DNA of 38,227 nucleotides. Source: Minisyncoccota bacterium. GTDB taxonomy: Bacteria; Patescibacteriota; Minisyncoccia; Phycocordibacterales; JBBDKB01. The position numbers and the translations under genes are program-made. Location of the stretch: contig JBBDKB010000027.1 of NCBI GenBank assembly GCA_040879605.1, forward strand, positions 18,250-56,476, given 5' to 3'. Below, piece after piece: positions 1-8,431 of this stretch; the stretch's first letter is position 1; every line of letters starts with the position of its first letter. The notes below the pieces were generated by a model, which made no database searches, was not told where the DNA came from, and worked only from the letters and a program-made list of their open reading frames with translations.

Positions 1-2
1 TC

Positions 3-95
3 TCCGATAGCAAGCTGAAGGACCTCGCATGGAGCCTCGATATTAAAGAGAGCATCTATCGGGACACCGACAGAAGACGGACTGACGAAGCATAA
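3..95 (+). CDS. 3' end of a CDS truncated by the window edge (product unknown)
   Basis: Frame 3 is open from the window edge to TAA at 93-95 (SDSKLKDLAWSLDIKESIYRDTDRRRTDEA*). No start codon lies in the window. Confidence 0.25.
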   Translation, partial: SDSKLKDLAWSLDIKESIYRDTDRRRTDEA

Positions 96-126
96 TGAAA
101 CCCTCCTAAATTTTTAATCATGAATT

Positions 127-381
127 ATGCAGTACATATATGTGTTACGGAGCAAGAAAGATGGTGAATTGTATGTGGGGTGCACCAATAATTTGAGAAA
201 TCGGCTTCGACTGCATAATTCCGGTAGTGTACAGTCCACAAGATACAGACTCCCATTCCAACTGATATACTACGAAGCATATACAAATAGGAAAGATGCA
301 ATCGAGAGGGAGCAGTCTTTCAAGACAGGTTGGGGGAAGCGATATGTTAAGAAAATTTTACAAAATGCGCTACGTGATTAA
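127..381 (+). CDS. GIY-YIG nuclease family protein (small stand-alone domain)
   Basis: 84 aa. N-terminal YIYVLRS...GELYVGCTNNLRNRLRLHN matches the GIY...YIG...R...N core of GIY-YIG domains. Confidence 0.8.
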   Translation: MQYIYVLRSKKDGELYVGCTNNLRNRLRLHNSGSVQSTRYRLPFQLIYYEAYTNRKDAIEREQSFKTGWGKRYVKKILQNALRD

Positions 382-398
382 AAACTTAGAGAAGGTAA

Positions 399-1064
399 AT
401 GCCTGACGCAAAACCAACACAAGATTTTGTCCCAATAAAAGAAGTCCGAGACGGATTTGTGATATTAAGAGACGGCTCTCTTCGGGCCGTATTGATGGCC
501 TCTTCCGTGAACCTTGCGCTTAAATCGGGAGACGAGCAAACCTCTATCATTCTCCAGTTTCAAAACTTTCTCAACTCGCTTGATTTCCAGGTACAAATTT
601 TCATACAATCAAGAGAGCTGGATATTCGCCCTTATATTGCGCTCCTCGAGGAGCGCTACACAGAACAACAAAGCGATCTTATGAAAATCCAGGTACGAGA
701 GTATATAGATTTTGTTAAAACGTTCACTGAAAATGCAAACATAATGACAAAAAACTTTTTTGTCATCGTTCCATATTCTCCTCCAACTATTTCAACCAAA
801 AGGAGAAACATCGGGAACCTCGGAGGAATTTTGGGAAAGAAAAAAACAGGTGAGGAAGCAAAAACAGCACAGAGTGAGGATTTTGAAGAGTACCGCTCTC
901 AACTTGAGCAGAGAATTTCCGTAGTCGAACAAGGCTTGGTGCGCACCGGAGTTCGTGTGGTTCAACTCGGCACAGAGGAAGTGATTGAACTTTTCTACAA
1001 AATGTTTAACCCAGGAGAACTCGAGCGACCAATGCCCCTTACAAAGGACTACCAAAGACAGTAA
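399..1064 (+). CDS. Hypothetical protein, first gene of the T4SS-like operon; resembles the N-terminal domain of VirB4/TraC ATPases
   Basis: 221 aa ORF. The pattern VPIKEVRDGFVILRDGSLRAVLMASSVNLALKSGDEQ...FLNSLDFQVQIFIQSR parallels the N-terminal part of the VirB4-like protein at 1356. The similarity is judged by eye only. Confidence 0.55.
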   Translation: MPDAKPTQDFVPIKEVRDGFVILRDGSLRAVLMASSVNLALKSGDEQTSIILQFQNFLNSLDFQVQIFIQSRELDIRPYIALLEERYTEQQSDLMKIQVREYIDFVKTFTENANIMTKNFFVIVPYSPPTISTKRRNIGNLGGILGKKKTGEEAKTAQSEDFEEYRSQLEQRISVVEQGLVRTGVRVVQLGTEEVIELFYKMFNPGELERPMPLTKDYQRQ

Positions 1065-1355
1065 AGATGCTAACCCCCCCAGCCCTAGTTTTACAAAATG
1101 TATATGACAAAAGAGATAGCACAGACACAAACAAGTAAATTGAGGCGGCACGCTTCCCGTACCGCAATGCTCCGCATTGGATACGGGACAGGGCGCCCTC
1201 CACTTTCAGAATATGGAAGTGCTATTTGTCCCGTTGCTCGAAGAGTGTCTGGGGTTCGCGCCCGCGCACCGCAAGAAGAAAGGGAGGTAAAACTAGAGAG
1301 GGGTCTAAGATTTTCTAACTCATTCGCAACGCTCATTCATAAGTACATCTAAGAC

Positions 1356-3224
1356 ATGGGATTATTTGATTTTTTAAAGCAGAATAAGGACGAAGGGATT
1401 GATATTGCTCCCGTATTGCCTCGAGAAATTTATGAGGCGGGGGTTCTTGAATTGAAAGACGTAATCGCTCCTTCAGCACTTCAAATCACTCCCCGCGAGC
1501 TGAATTTGGGAGACAAATTTGTGCGAACTTTTTTTGTTATCTCCTATCCGCGCTACCTCAATGACAACTGGTTCTCCCCGATCATCAACCTTGATAAAGT
1601 ATTTGATATTTCCATCTTTATCCACCCAATAGACACCGCGACTGTCTTGAGAAAATTCCAAAAGAAGGTTGCGGAAGTACAAAGTCAGATTCATGAACGT
1701 GAACGCAAAGGATTAGTGCGCGACCCAAAGCTTGACGCTGCCTACCAAAACCTTGAAATGCTCCGCGACAGACTCCAGCAGGCCGAGGAGAGACTTTTTG
1801 ACGTCGGTCTTTATATATCAGTGTACGGGGACTCAAAAGAAGAGCTGAATAAAGCCGAGTCGGAAATTAAATCAATACTTGAATCAAAGCTTGTCTATTT
1901 AAAACCGGCACTTTTCCAGCAAGAGCAAGGATACAGAAGTGTTCTCCCAATAGGGAAGGATGAGATTGCAGTTCATTCAAAACTTAACTCCTCTCCACTT
2001 TCAAGTCTTTTTCCTTTTATTTCTTTTGACCTCACCGCCGACAAAGGGATCCTTTATGGAATCAACAGACACAACTCAAGCTTGATTCTTTTTGATCGAT
2101 TCTCTCTCCCAAACTACAATTCCGTTATGTTTGCGACTTCCGGTGCCGGAAAATCGTACGCCGCGAAACTTGAAATCTTGAGATCTTTGATGTTTGACAG
2201 CGATGTAATCGTAATTGACCCGGAGCGCGAATATGAATATCTCGCAAACGCAACGGGAGGAAGACACTTCAACATCTCTCTCACGTCAGAGCACCACATT
2301 AATCCTTTTGATCTTCCGGTTCCACGGGAAGATGAATCTCCCGCAGATGTGCTTCGCTCCAACATCGTGAACTTGGTTGGTCTATTCCGCATCATGCTTG
2401 GCGGCCTCTCCCCTGAGGAAGATGCAGTCATCGATAGAGCAATCACTGAAACCTATGCCCTGAAAGATATTACAGGAGAGAGCGACTATTCTGGAATTGA
2501 ACCACCTCTTCTCTCTGATTTTGAGCTTGTGCTTGCGGGAATGGAAGGAAGTGAATCCCTTGTGCAGAGACTTTCAAAATATACAAAAGGAACTTGGTCA
2601 GGATTCATTAATCGGCCAACAAACGTTGATATCAATAAGAAATTTATTGTCTTTTCCGTGCGCGATATGGAGGATGAATTAAAACCGGTCGCGATGTATA
2701 TCGTCACTCACTTTATTTGGACTGCGGTACGAAGAGAACTGAAAAAGCGAATGCTTGTCGTTGATGAAGCCCACTGGATGATGCGGTCGGAAGACACCGC
2801 CTCCTTCCTCTATTCCATCGCGAAGCGCGGACGAAAATATTATCTCGGTCTTTCAACCCTCACTCAAGATGTTGATGATTTCTTAAACTCTCCTTATGGT
2901 CTTCCAATGATCACAAACTCATCGATGCAAATGCTCCTCAAACAATCGCCAACGGCGATTGATAGGCTGCAAGATACATTTAACCTCACAGACGAAGAAA
3001 AATACTTGCTTCTTGAATCAGATGTCGGAGAGGGAATTTTCTTTGCCGGACTGAAGCACGTTGCGATTAAAATTATTGCTTCTTATACGGAAGATCAAAT
3101 CATCACCTCAGACCCTTCTCAACTTCTTGCAATCAAAAAAGCTAAGAGCGAAAAATATGTGGAAGAGGGAAGCAACACCGAAGAGCCTCCGCCACAGAAG
3201 CTAGCAGACACTTTCAAGCAATGA
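1356..3224 (+). CDS. VirB4/TraC/TrbE-type type IV secretion ATPase
   Basis: 622 aa. Walker A is ATSGAGKSY and Walker B is MLVVDEAHWMM. The VirB4-like N-domain and the C-terminal LSTLTQD motif region are present. Confidence 0.85.
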   Translation: MGLFDFLKQNKDEGIDIAPVLPREIYEAGVLELKDVIAPSALQITPRELNLGDKFVRTFFVISYPRYLNDNWFSPIINLDKVFDISIFIHPIDTATVLRKFQKKVAEVQSQIHERERKGLVRDPKLDAAYQNLEMLRDRLQQAEERLFDVGLYISVYGDSKEELNKAESEIKSILESKLVYLKPALFQQEQGYRSVLPIGKDEIAVHSKLNSSPLSSLFPFISFDLTADKGILYGINRHNSSLILFDRFSLPNYNSVMFATSGAGKSYAAKLEILRSLMFDSDVIVIDPEREYEYLANATGGRHFNISLTSEHHINPFDLPVPREDESPADVLRSNIVNLVGLFRIMLGGLSPEEDAVIDRAITETYALKDITGESDYSGIEPPLLSDFELVLAGMEGSESLVQRLSKYTKGTWSGFINRPTNVDINKKFIVFSVRDMEDELKPVAMYIVTHFIWTAVRRELKKRMLVVDEAHWMMRSEDTASFLYSIAKRGRKYYLGLSTLTQDVDDFLNSPYGLPMITNSSMQMLLKQSPTAIDRLQDTFNLTDEEKYLLLESDVGEGIFFAGLKHVAIKIIASYTEDQIITSDPSQLLAIKKAKSEKYVEEGSNTEEPPPQKLADTFKQ

Positions 3225-3670
3225 AGAATGTTGAGTATAGAATAGGCGGGGCACGGAAAACTCTCATGGTCTCCGTCGCAATATTCTTTGACTCCGTCCA
3301 ACTTCTTACAAAGGCATTCCATGTGATTCCTGGAGTAGGAACATTCGCGGCTATTCTTATCGGATGGACGATGAGTATTCTCGCATGGCTCACTTTTTTT
3401 CTCTGGTTTAGCCTTGCTGGAGTAAAGCCCTTCTCTGGAAGAAAGCAAATAAAAAAGTTCATCTTAAACTTTGGAAGTGGGCTCATTGAAGCAATCCCTA
3501 TCCTCAACGCGCTCCCTATGTGGAGTGTGTACGTGTGGTGGATAATACGCATATCGCGTGAGGAAGACAAAGAAAATCAGAAAGAACGCCTAGAAAGCCA
3601 AACAAGGTATACACAACCACAGGAAGCGGCGAATGATAACAGCGAAGAACGTGGTAAAATGGCAGCATGA
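3221..3670 (+). CDS. Small integral membrane protein (3-4 predicted TM helices), T4SS-like operon
   Basis: 149 aa. Hydrophobic stretches include VSVAIFFDSVQLL, GTFAAILIGWTMSILAWLTFFLWFSLAG and IPILNALPMWSVYVWWII. There is a 4-nt ATGA-type overlap with both neighbours. Confidence 0.6.
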   Translation: MKNVEYRIGGARKTLMVSVAIFFDSVQLLTKAFHVIPGVGTFAAILIGWTMSILAWLTFFLWFSLAGVKPFSGRKQIKKFILNFGSGLIEAIPILNALPMWSVYVWWIIRISREEDKENQKERLESQTRYTQPQEAANDNSEERGKMAA

Positions 3671-4659
3671 GAGGAAAAATTCTATTCGCTTCTTTTTTAC
3701 TCTTTTCTCTTCCCATTTTCCTCAATGCGCAAGGGTTTGGGACTGGAATTGAAGTCACCGTAAGCCCGTCAAGCCCTCGCCCACAAGAAGCAGTAACACT
3801 CAGGGTGCAGGGCTTCTCATTTGATTTAAATAGAGCTCCTATACGCTGGTTTGTAAATGGAGAACTAAGAAAAAGTGGCGTGGGGGAACGTGAGTTCTCA
3901 ACTACGGCGCCTTCACTTGGGTCTTCCTTGAGAGTTGAGGTACTCGCTGAAAATCCAAATGGAGATATTGTAAGCGCCTCAACAGTTATACAACCCTCAG
4001 AAATCACCCTCCTCTGGGAGGCCGAGACATACACCCCGCCTTTCTATAGAGGAAAGGCACTCCCAAGCCACAGCTCAACAATAAAAGTCACCGCATTCCC
4101 AAATTTTGGAGCAGGAACAAATCCAAACACACTCATCTACACATGGAGACAAGATGGAGTGGTGTTGGGGAGCAAGTCTGGAACAGGAAAGCAAACCCTC
4201 ATATTGAGAGGGACACGGCCGTTTTCTGATACGAGCATCTCCGTTGATGTTTCCAATCAAAGCGGCTCCCTCTCCGGGAGAGGATTCTTAACTCTCTCTC
4301 CAAAAAACCCTGAAATTATTCTCTACGAAGAGCATCCGACTCTCGGTGTTTTGCTTGAAAGAGCGCTTCAAGGAGAGTTTGAATTACCGCGAAGCGAAAC
4401 AACTCTTGTCGCATACCCCTACTTCTTCTCAGGGGATGTAAGATCTAATCCTTCCCTTGAATACAAATGGAGTCTCAATGGAAGTGAAACGAATACCGAC
4501 GCAAGTGATGCCTCTTCAATTACACTGCGTCACACAGGGGAAGGAGGCGGTACTTCATCCTTAAGACTCACAATTCAAAACGCGCAAGAGATTCTTCAAT
4601 CTGCCCAGAGGCAACTTCAAATTTCTTTTGGAAATCAAGGAGAACAAAGTAGATTTTAA
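3667..4659 (+). CDS. Secreted hypothetical protein (N-terminal signal peptide)
   Basis: 330 aa. The signal-like N-terminus is MRGKILFASFLLFSLPIFLNAQG. The start overlaps the previous stop (ATGA). Confidence 0.6.
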   Translation: MRGKILFASFLLFSLPIFLNAQGFGTGIEVTVSPSSPRPQEAVTLRVQGFSFDLNRAPIRWFVNGELRKSGVGEREFSTTAPSLGSSLRVEVLAENPNGDIVSASTVIQPSEITLLWEAETYTPPFYRGKALPSHSSTIKVTAFPNFGAGTNPNTLIYTWRQDGVVLGSKSGTGKQTLILRGTRPFSDTSISVDVSNQSGSLSGRGFLTLSPKNPEIILYEEHPTLGVLLERALQGEFELPRSETTLVAYPYFFSGDVRSNPSLEYKWSLNGSETNTDASDASSITLRHTGEGGGTSSLRLTIQNAQEILQSAQRQLQISFGNQGEQSRF

Positions 4660-4661
4660 TT

Positions 4662-5351
4662 ATGAGAATTTTTCTTTTTGCACTACTTTTTTTTGGAATC
4701 CCGCTTGCGCTCTTTGCACAAGGCTTTACCCCTCTTACCACTGATTTCCCAATACTGAGCACGGAGAATGCTTCTTTTTCAAGCGTACTCAACATTTTTC
4801 TTAATGTGGTCATTGGTATTGCCGCCGTGCTTGCGGTTATTAAAATTGCAATCGGAGGGTTTAAATATATGGGCACGGAGTCCTTTTCGAGCAAGGGGGA
4901 GGCGAAAGAGGATATTACAAACGCGGTGATTGGTTTGATTATTGTCCTTGCCGCGGTATTTATCCTCAACATCATAAACCCGGATCTCATTAAGTTAGAT
5001 GTTTTTAGAAATACGGAATCAGTTCAGGTAGAAACGGGAGGGAATGCACCCGATTATGAAAACGAGGCGTCGCTCGGCACCGACTGGTGTTACGGGAGGC
5101 TTCTTGATGGACCTTTCTGTGAGGAAACGCGAGCGGAATGTGAAGCAAGAAGAGATGCCGCAACGAGTGTGTACGAGACTCCATGTGAAGAAAGAGACGA
5201 CCCAACCGAACAGCTTGGTATTGGTTGGTGTTATACGGAGACGCAAACCAGAACTAGAACCTCCTCAGGAGGAGAAACTATATTCTGTTTCCAAAACAGA
5301 GACGCGTGTGAGGCAGAGGCCGGAGAAAAAACCTGTACTCGCCAAGAATGA
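4662..5351 (+). CDS. TrbC/VirB2-like pilin candidate with Cys-rich duplicated C-terminal extension
   Basis: 229 aa. It has a signal peptide (LALFAQG), then two hydrophobic helices (VLNIFLNVVIGIAAVLAVIKIAIGG and AVIGLIIVLAAVFILNII) separated by a charged loop, as in VirB2/TrbC pilins. The C-terminus carries two WCY...FC...CEA...C modules. Confidence 0.5.
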   Translation: MRIFLFALLFFGIPLALFAQGFTPLTTDFPILSTENASFSSVLNIFLNVVIGIAAVLAVIKIAIGGFKYMGTESFSSKGEAKEDITNAVIGLIIVLAAVFILNIINPDLIKLDVFRNTESVQVETGGNAPDYENEASLGTDWCYGRLLDGPFCEETRAECEARRDAATSVYETPCEERDDPTEQLGIGWCYTETQTRTRTSSGGETIFCFQNRDACEAEAGEKTCTRQE

Positions 5352-6634
5352 TGAATAAAACAATACTTATCAGCATAATAGCAACTTTTGTTCTCCTCCT
5401 CGCGGGAATGTTTGGCTTTTTCTATTTTTATACCGATACATTTGTGGATCGGGGAGGCGAGCAAAGAGAAGGGGCAGGAGGTTTTTTTAGCAATCTCTTT
5501 CCGTTTGGAGACTCGGGAGGAGCTGATATCCAAAGAGATGACACTCGCCTTGATTCAAACGAGGAAGATCTCTCTGGTATTCCTGCGCCAGCACTCAGAA
5601 AAGTAACCAGTGCACACACAAGTGGCGCAGTGATTTTTGTTGAAGAGGGAGAGGAGACAATTCGTTATGTTGAGCGCGGCACAGGACACATTTATGAAGC
5701 ATCAACCAATTCTCTCCGGAATGAGCGAATCTTAAATACAACAATCCCTCGAGTGAGAGAAGTGCTCTGGCTTCCTGATGGAAGTGGTCTTTATTTCCGA
5801 TACCTCGAGGAAGGGGAGACAATTACTACTTTCTTTGCCCGGATTGAGGAAACAGAGGAGGGAGAGAACGAGCTTGTTGGTTCTTTCCTTCCTCAAGATA
5901 TTGTTGAACTTTCATTGGCCCCCGATGGAGAAGAGATTTTTTATATGACAAGAAATGAGAGTGGCGCGCGTGGGGTTATTGCTGATGTTGATGGGAGGAA
6001 TGGAAGAGAAATATTTGAAAGCCCACTTCGCGAATGGCATGCGTTTTGGAGCAGTCCAACTTCTATTTTTCTTGTTTCCAGGCCAAGTTATTTAGGAACT
6101 GGAATTTATGCTTCCCTTAATAGTGGGAACGGATCCTTCTCCTCGCTTGGTGGTGGAGGTTCCGGCTTCTCTATTCTGCCAAACACCGAGGCAACCTCTG
6201 AAGAGAGACTCTTCCTTGCATCCCAAAACAGAGGAGAGAGAGTCTCGCTCTCAGTGCTTGGGGAAGACGGAGAGAGGGCCCTTCCCCTAAGAACACTCGC
6301 AGAAAAGTGTGTGTGGAGTGAGATTGAAAAAAGCGTAGCCTACTGTGGAGTTCCTACGTCTTTCCCAGAAGGGAACTACCCCGACGATTGGTACCAAGGT
6401 GAAATTTCTTTTATTGACAGCATCTGGAAAGTGAACACTGAAGCACAAAGCGCAGAGCTCATATCGCTTGTCTCCAACGAGGCGGGGGAGAGTCTTGATG
6501 CAATCAATCTCACACTCTCGCCAAGTGAGAAGTACCTCCTATTTAAAAACAAACAAAATGGCTCTCTCTGGAGCCTCCGTTTGGTAGAAGAGGATACTCC
6601 TCAAATAGAAAACCTGGAAGAGGAGGACGAGTAA
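5348..6634 (+). CDS. Membrane-anchored protein with TolB-like beta-propeller repeats
   Basis: 428 aa. It has an N-terminal TM segment (ILISIIATFVLLLAGMFGFFYF). Repeats of the type LSLAPDGEEIFYMTRNESG...ADVDGRNGREIF and WLPDGSGLYFRY are typical of TolB/WD40-like propellers. Confidence 0.55.
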   Translation: MMNKTILISIIATFVLLLAGMFGFFYFYTDTFVDRGGEQREGAGGFFSNLFPFGDSGGADIQRDDTRLDSNEEDLSGIPAPALRKVTSAHTSGAVIFVEEGEETIRYVERGTGHIYEASTNSLRNERILNTTIPRVREVLWLPDGSGLYFRYLEEGETITTFFARIEETEEGENELVGSFLPQDIVELSLAPDGEEIFYMTRNESGARGVIADVDGRNGREIFESPLREWHAFWSSPTSIFLVSRPSYLGTGIYASLNSGNGSFSSLGGGGSGFSILPNTEATSEERLFLASQNRGERVSLSVLGEDGERALPLRTLAEKCVWSEIEKSVAYCGVPTSFPEGNYPDDWYQGEISFIDSIWKVNTEAQSAELISLVSNEAGESLDAINLTLSPSEKYLLFKNKQNGSLWSLRLVEEDTPQIENLEEEDE

Positions 6635-7110
6635 TCTTTCTTTTCTCCTTCATCTCCGGAAGCTCCTTCTATATATTTAAACACCACGTGCCGAAACTTT
6701 CCTTCTCCTTCTGATTCAGTGGTGATACTCGGATCATCGCTGAATGCGGCGTGTACTATCATGCGCTCATATGCACTCATCGGTTCCATCTCTACATCAT
6801 GCTTAAACGCGCGCGCCCTCTCAGCGAGGAGTTTAGCCTTTCCAGCAATAGATTCAATTCTTCTTTTGTGATAACCATTTACATCAATAATAAAGTTGGC
6901 TGGATCGGCAAGTTTTTTCTCCGCCAGTCGCTTCACGATAAAGTTGAGTGCCTTTAAATGCTCTCCGCGGGCGCCAATAAGTAGTGCTGAGTGTTCGGTT
7001 TCAATTGAAAAAAGAGAGTGAGCTCCGAGCTCTTCAATGGTAATTTTTTTATATGGAATGGAAAGCCTATCAAGTACTTCCTTCGTAATGTTTAGAATGC
7101 TTTCACCCAT
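6601..7110 (-). CDS. jag: Jag/KhpB RNA-binding protein (KH + R3H domains)
   Basis: R3H-like MEPMSAYERMIVHAAFSDDP...RHVVFK and the conserved position downstream of yidC support the call. The start is chosen at ATG 7110 (MGESILN), which overlaps the yidC stop as ATGGGTGA. The ORF track extends to 7131. Confidence 0.8.
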   Translation of the reverse strand: MGESILNITKEVLDRLSIPYKKITIEELGAHSLFSIETEHSALLIGARGEHLKALNFIVKRLAEKKLADPANFIIDVNGYHKRRIESIAGKAKLLAERARAFKHDVEMEPMSAYERMIVHAAFSDDPSITTESEGEGKFRHVVFKYIEGASGDEGEKKDYSSSSSRFSI

Positions 7111-7834
7111 GTTTCTCTTCTTTCTTTTCAAGGCGTCTCTTTATCAAGAGCTCCTGCCCGATTGCAAAGAGGTTACTAGTCGTCCAATAAAGTGCGACCG
7201 CCGCTGAGATGGTATAGGCAATCACGGCGACAATCACAGGAAGCACATAGCGCATCTGCAAGTGAAAGCTCCGCGCGAGGTCGTTTTTAAAGGAGGGCTC
7301 TTTTGTTTTTTCAGGAGGGAGCGGTAAAGAAAGCTTCGCTTGGAAAAATTGAGACACGCCAGCAAGAAGCGCAAGAACAATACTTCTTTGAGACACGTCA
7401 ACAAGCCCGAGAAATTCCATATCCACTGAACTTGGGGCCCTGATGAATGAGTAGAGAAGGTCCATATTAATATCAGGGAGCCCCCCTTTAAAGAACACCC
7501 AGTACAAAGCAAAGATAATTGGGAGTTGAATAAAAAGGAGGAGAATGCTTGAAAAAGGATTCACTCCCTTTTCTTTGTAGAGTGCCATTATTTTTTTTGC
7601 CTGCTCCTTTTTGTCTTTATATTCTTCTCGTATTGCTTTCAATGGTTCCTCCAACTTTCTCATTAAAAGCTGTGTCCTGATTGCTTTTACCGAAAGAGGA
7701 AGCAAAATAAATTTCACCGCAATCGTAAGGAGTACAACAGCAATACCCGCGTCAATAAGCGGATGGATGTTGAGAATAAAAACGAGAGCATTGTAGAGAG
7801 GGTCAAATAAAAGAAGGTGGAAGAGCTCAATCAT
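7103..7834 (-). CDS. yidC: Membrane protein insertase YidC (short form)
   Basis: 243 aa, multi-TM protein. The motifs PLSVKAIRTQLLMRKLEEPLKAIREEYKDKKEQAKKIMALYKEKGVNP and the C-terminal basic tail are characteristic. Synteny is rnpA-yidC-jag. Confidence 0.9.
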   Translation of the reverse strand: MIELFHLLLFDPLYNALVFILNIHPLIDAGIAVVLLTIAVKFILLPLSVKAIRTQLLMRKLEEPLKAIREEYKDKKEQAKKIMALYKEKGVNPFSSILLLFIQLPIIFALYWVFFKGGLPDINMDLLYSFIRAPSSVDMEFLGLVDVSQRSIVLALLAGVSQFFQAKLSLPLPPEKTKEPSFKNDLARSFHLQMRYVLPVIVAVIAYTISAAVALYWTTSNLFAIGQELLIKRRLEKKEEKHG

Positions 7835-7870
7835 TCCACCATTCTAGCGAAAAGGGCGCTTCCTTTCAAC

Positions 7871-8182
7871 TTATTTCTGTTGCCTGAGAAGGAACTCTAT
7901 TTCTTTTTTTATTTCAAGGAAAGAGAGGTCGCCGGCCCCCTTCTTTGCAAACAATATGAGCGAATAGGGAAGATCTAACCCACGAATAAGCTCATATACT
8001 TGGCGTCGTAGATGATTTCGCTTTACCGCACCTCCTGAGACTTTTTTTGATACTACAAAGGAAAATCGGAGATCCTTTTCTTCTTTCAGAGAAGCAGAAA
8101 AAAATCTGCTATGGAGTTTTCTTCCTCCCTTACTTACTTTCTCAAATTGGGCTCTGTTGAGCCGTTTTTCTCTAGGAAGCAT
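7871..8182 (-). CDS. rnpA: Ribonuclease P protein component
   Basis: 103 aa basic protein (RLNRAQFEKV...VSKKVSGGAVKRNHLRRQVYE) located directly downstream of rpmH. Confidence 0.85.
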   Translation of the reverse strand: MLPREKRLNRAQFEKVSKGGRKLHSRFFSASLKEEKDLRFSFVVSKKVSGGAVKRNHLRRQVYELIRGLDLPYSLILFAKKGAGDLSFLEIKKEIEFLLRQQK

Positions 8183-8198
8183 GTGCTTTGGGCCATAC

Positions 8199-8342
8199 CT
8201 AAGAGGAGGTGCTCAAACGAGCCCTTCCTTTCTGCCTTCGGCGGGCAAGTGTCGCTCGCCCACCCACTGTCTTTGTGCGAGAAAGAAACCCGTGGGTTTT
8301 GCTTCTCTTCCTTTTTTTAGGTTGGTATGTTCGTTTAGGCAT
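8199..8342 (-). CDS. rpmH: 50S ribosomal protein L34
   Basis: Not in the ORF track (47 aa). Hand translation of the minus strand gives [47 protein letters not shown]. This is a clear L34 signature, 16 nt upstream of rnpA. Confidence 0.9.
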   Translation of the reverse strand: MPKRTYQPKKRKRSKTHGFLSRTKTVGGRATLARRRQKGRARLSTSS

Positions 8343-8431
8343 GTTTGTCAACAGTTTATAAACAATTTATTAACATAAGAGGCCCTTTTTAGCAAGTTTC
8401 GTAATTTCCGAAGACGTTTATAATAGTCTCT

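Noticed and set aside
4-15. A 12-nt identity (CCGATAGCAAGC) between the window start and the first codons of dnaA (8439-8450).
   Set aside because: A single 12-mer match is expected by chance many times in all-against-all comparison of a 38-kb window. The flanks do not extend the match.
1091-1352. Overlapping 81-aa (minus) and 84-aa (plus) ORFs in the GC-rich spacer of the secretion operon.
   Set aside because: They are mirror-image ORFs on opposite strands with Arg/Gly/Pro/Ala-rich low-complexity products and no SD. Their composition is unlike the neighbouring genes, which is typical of spurious ORFs in GC-rich non-coding DNA.
6601-6634. A 34-nt convergent overlap between the 3' ends of the propeller-protein ORF (plus) and jag (minus).
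   Set aside because: This is probably just compact gene packing. Both C-termini are low-complexity acidic or Ser-rich tails. No terminator or antisense-regulatory structure is discernible in the overlap.
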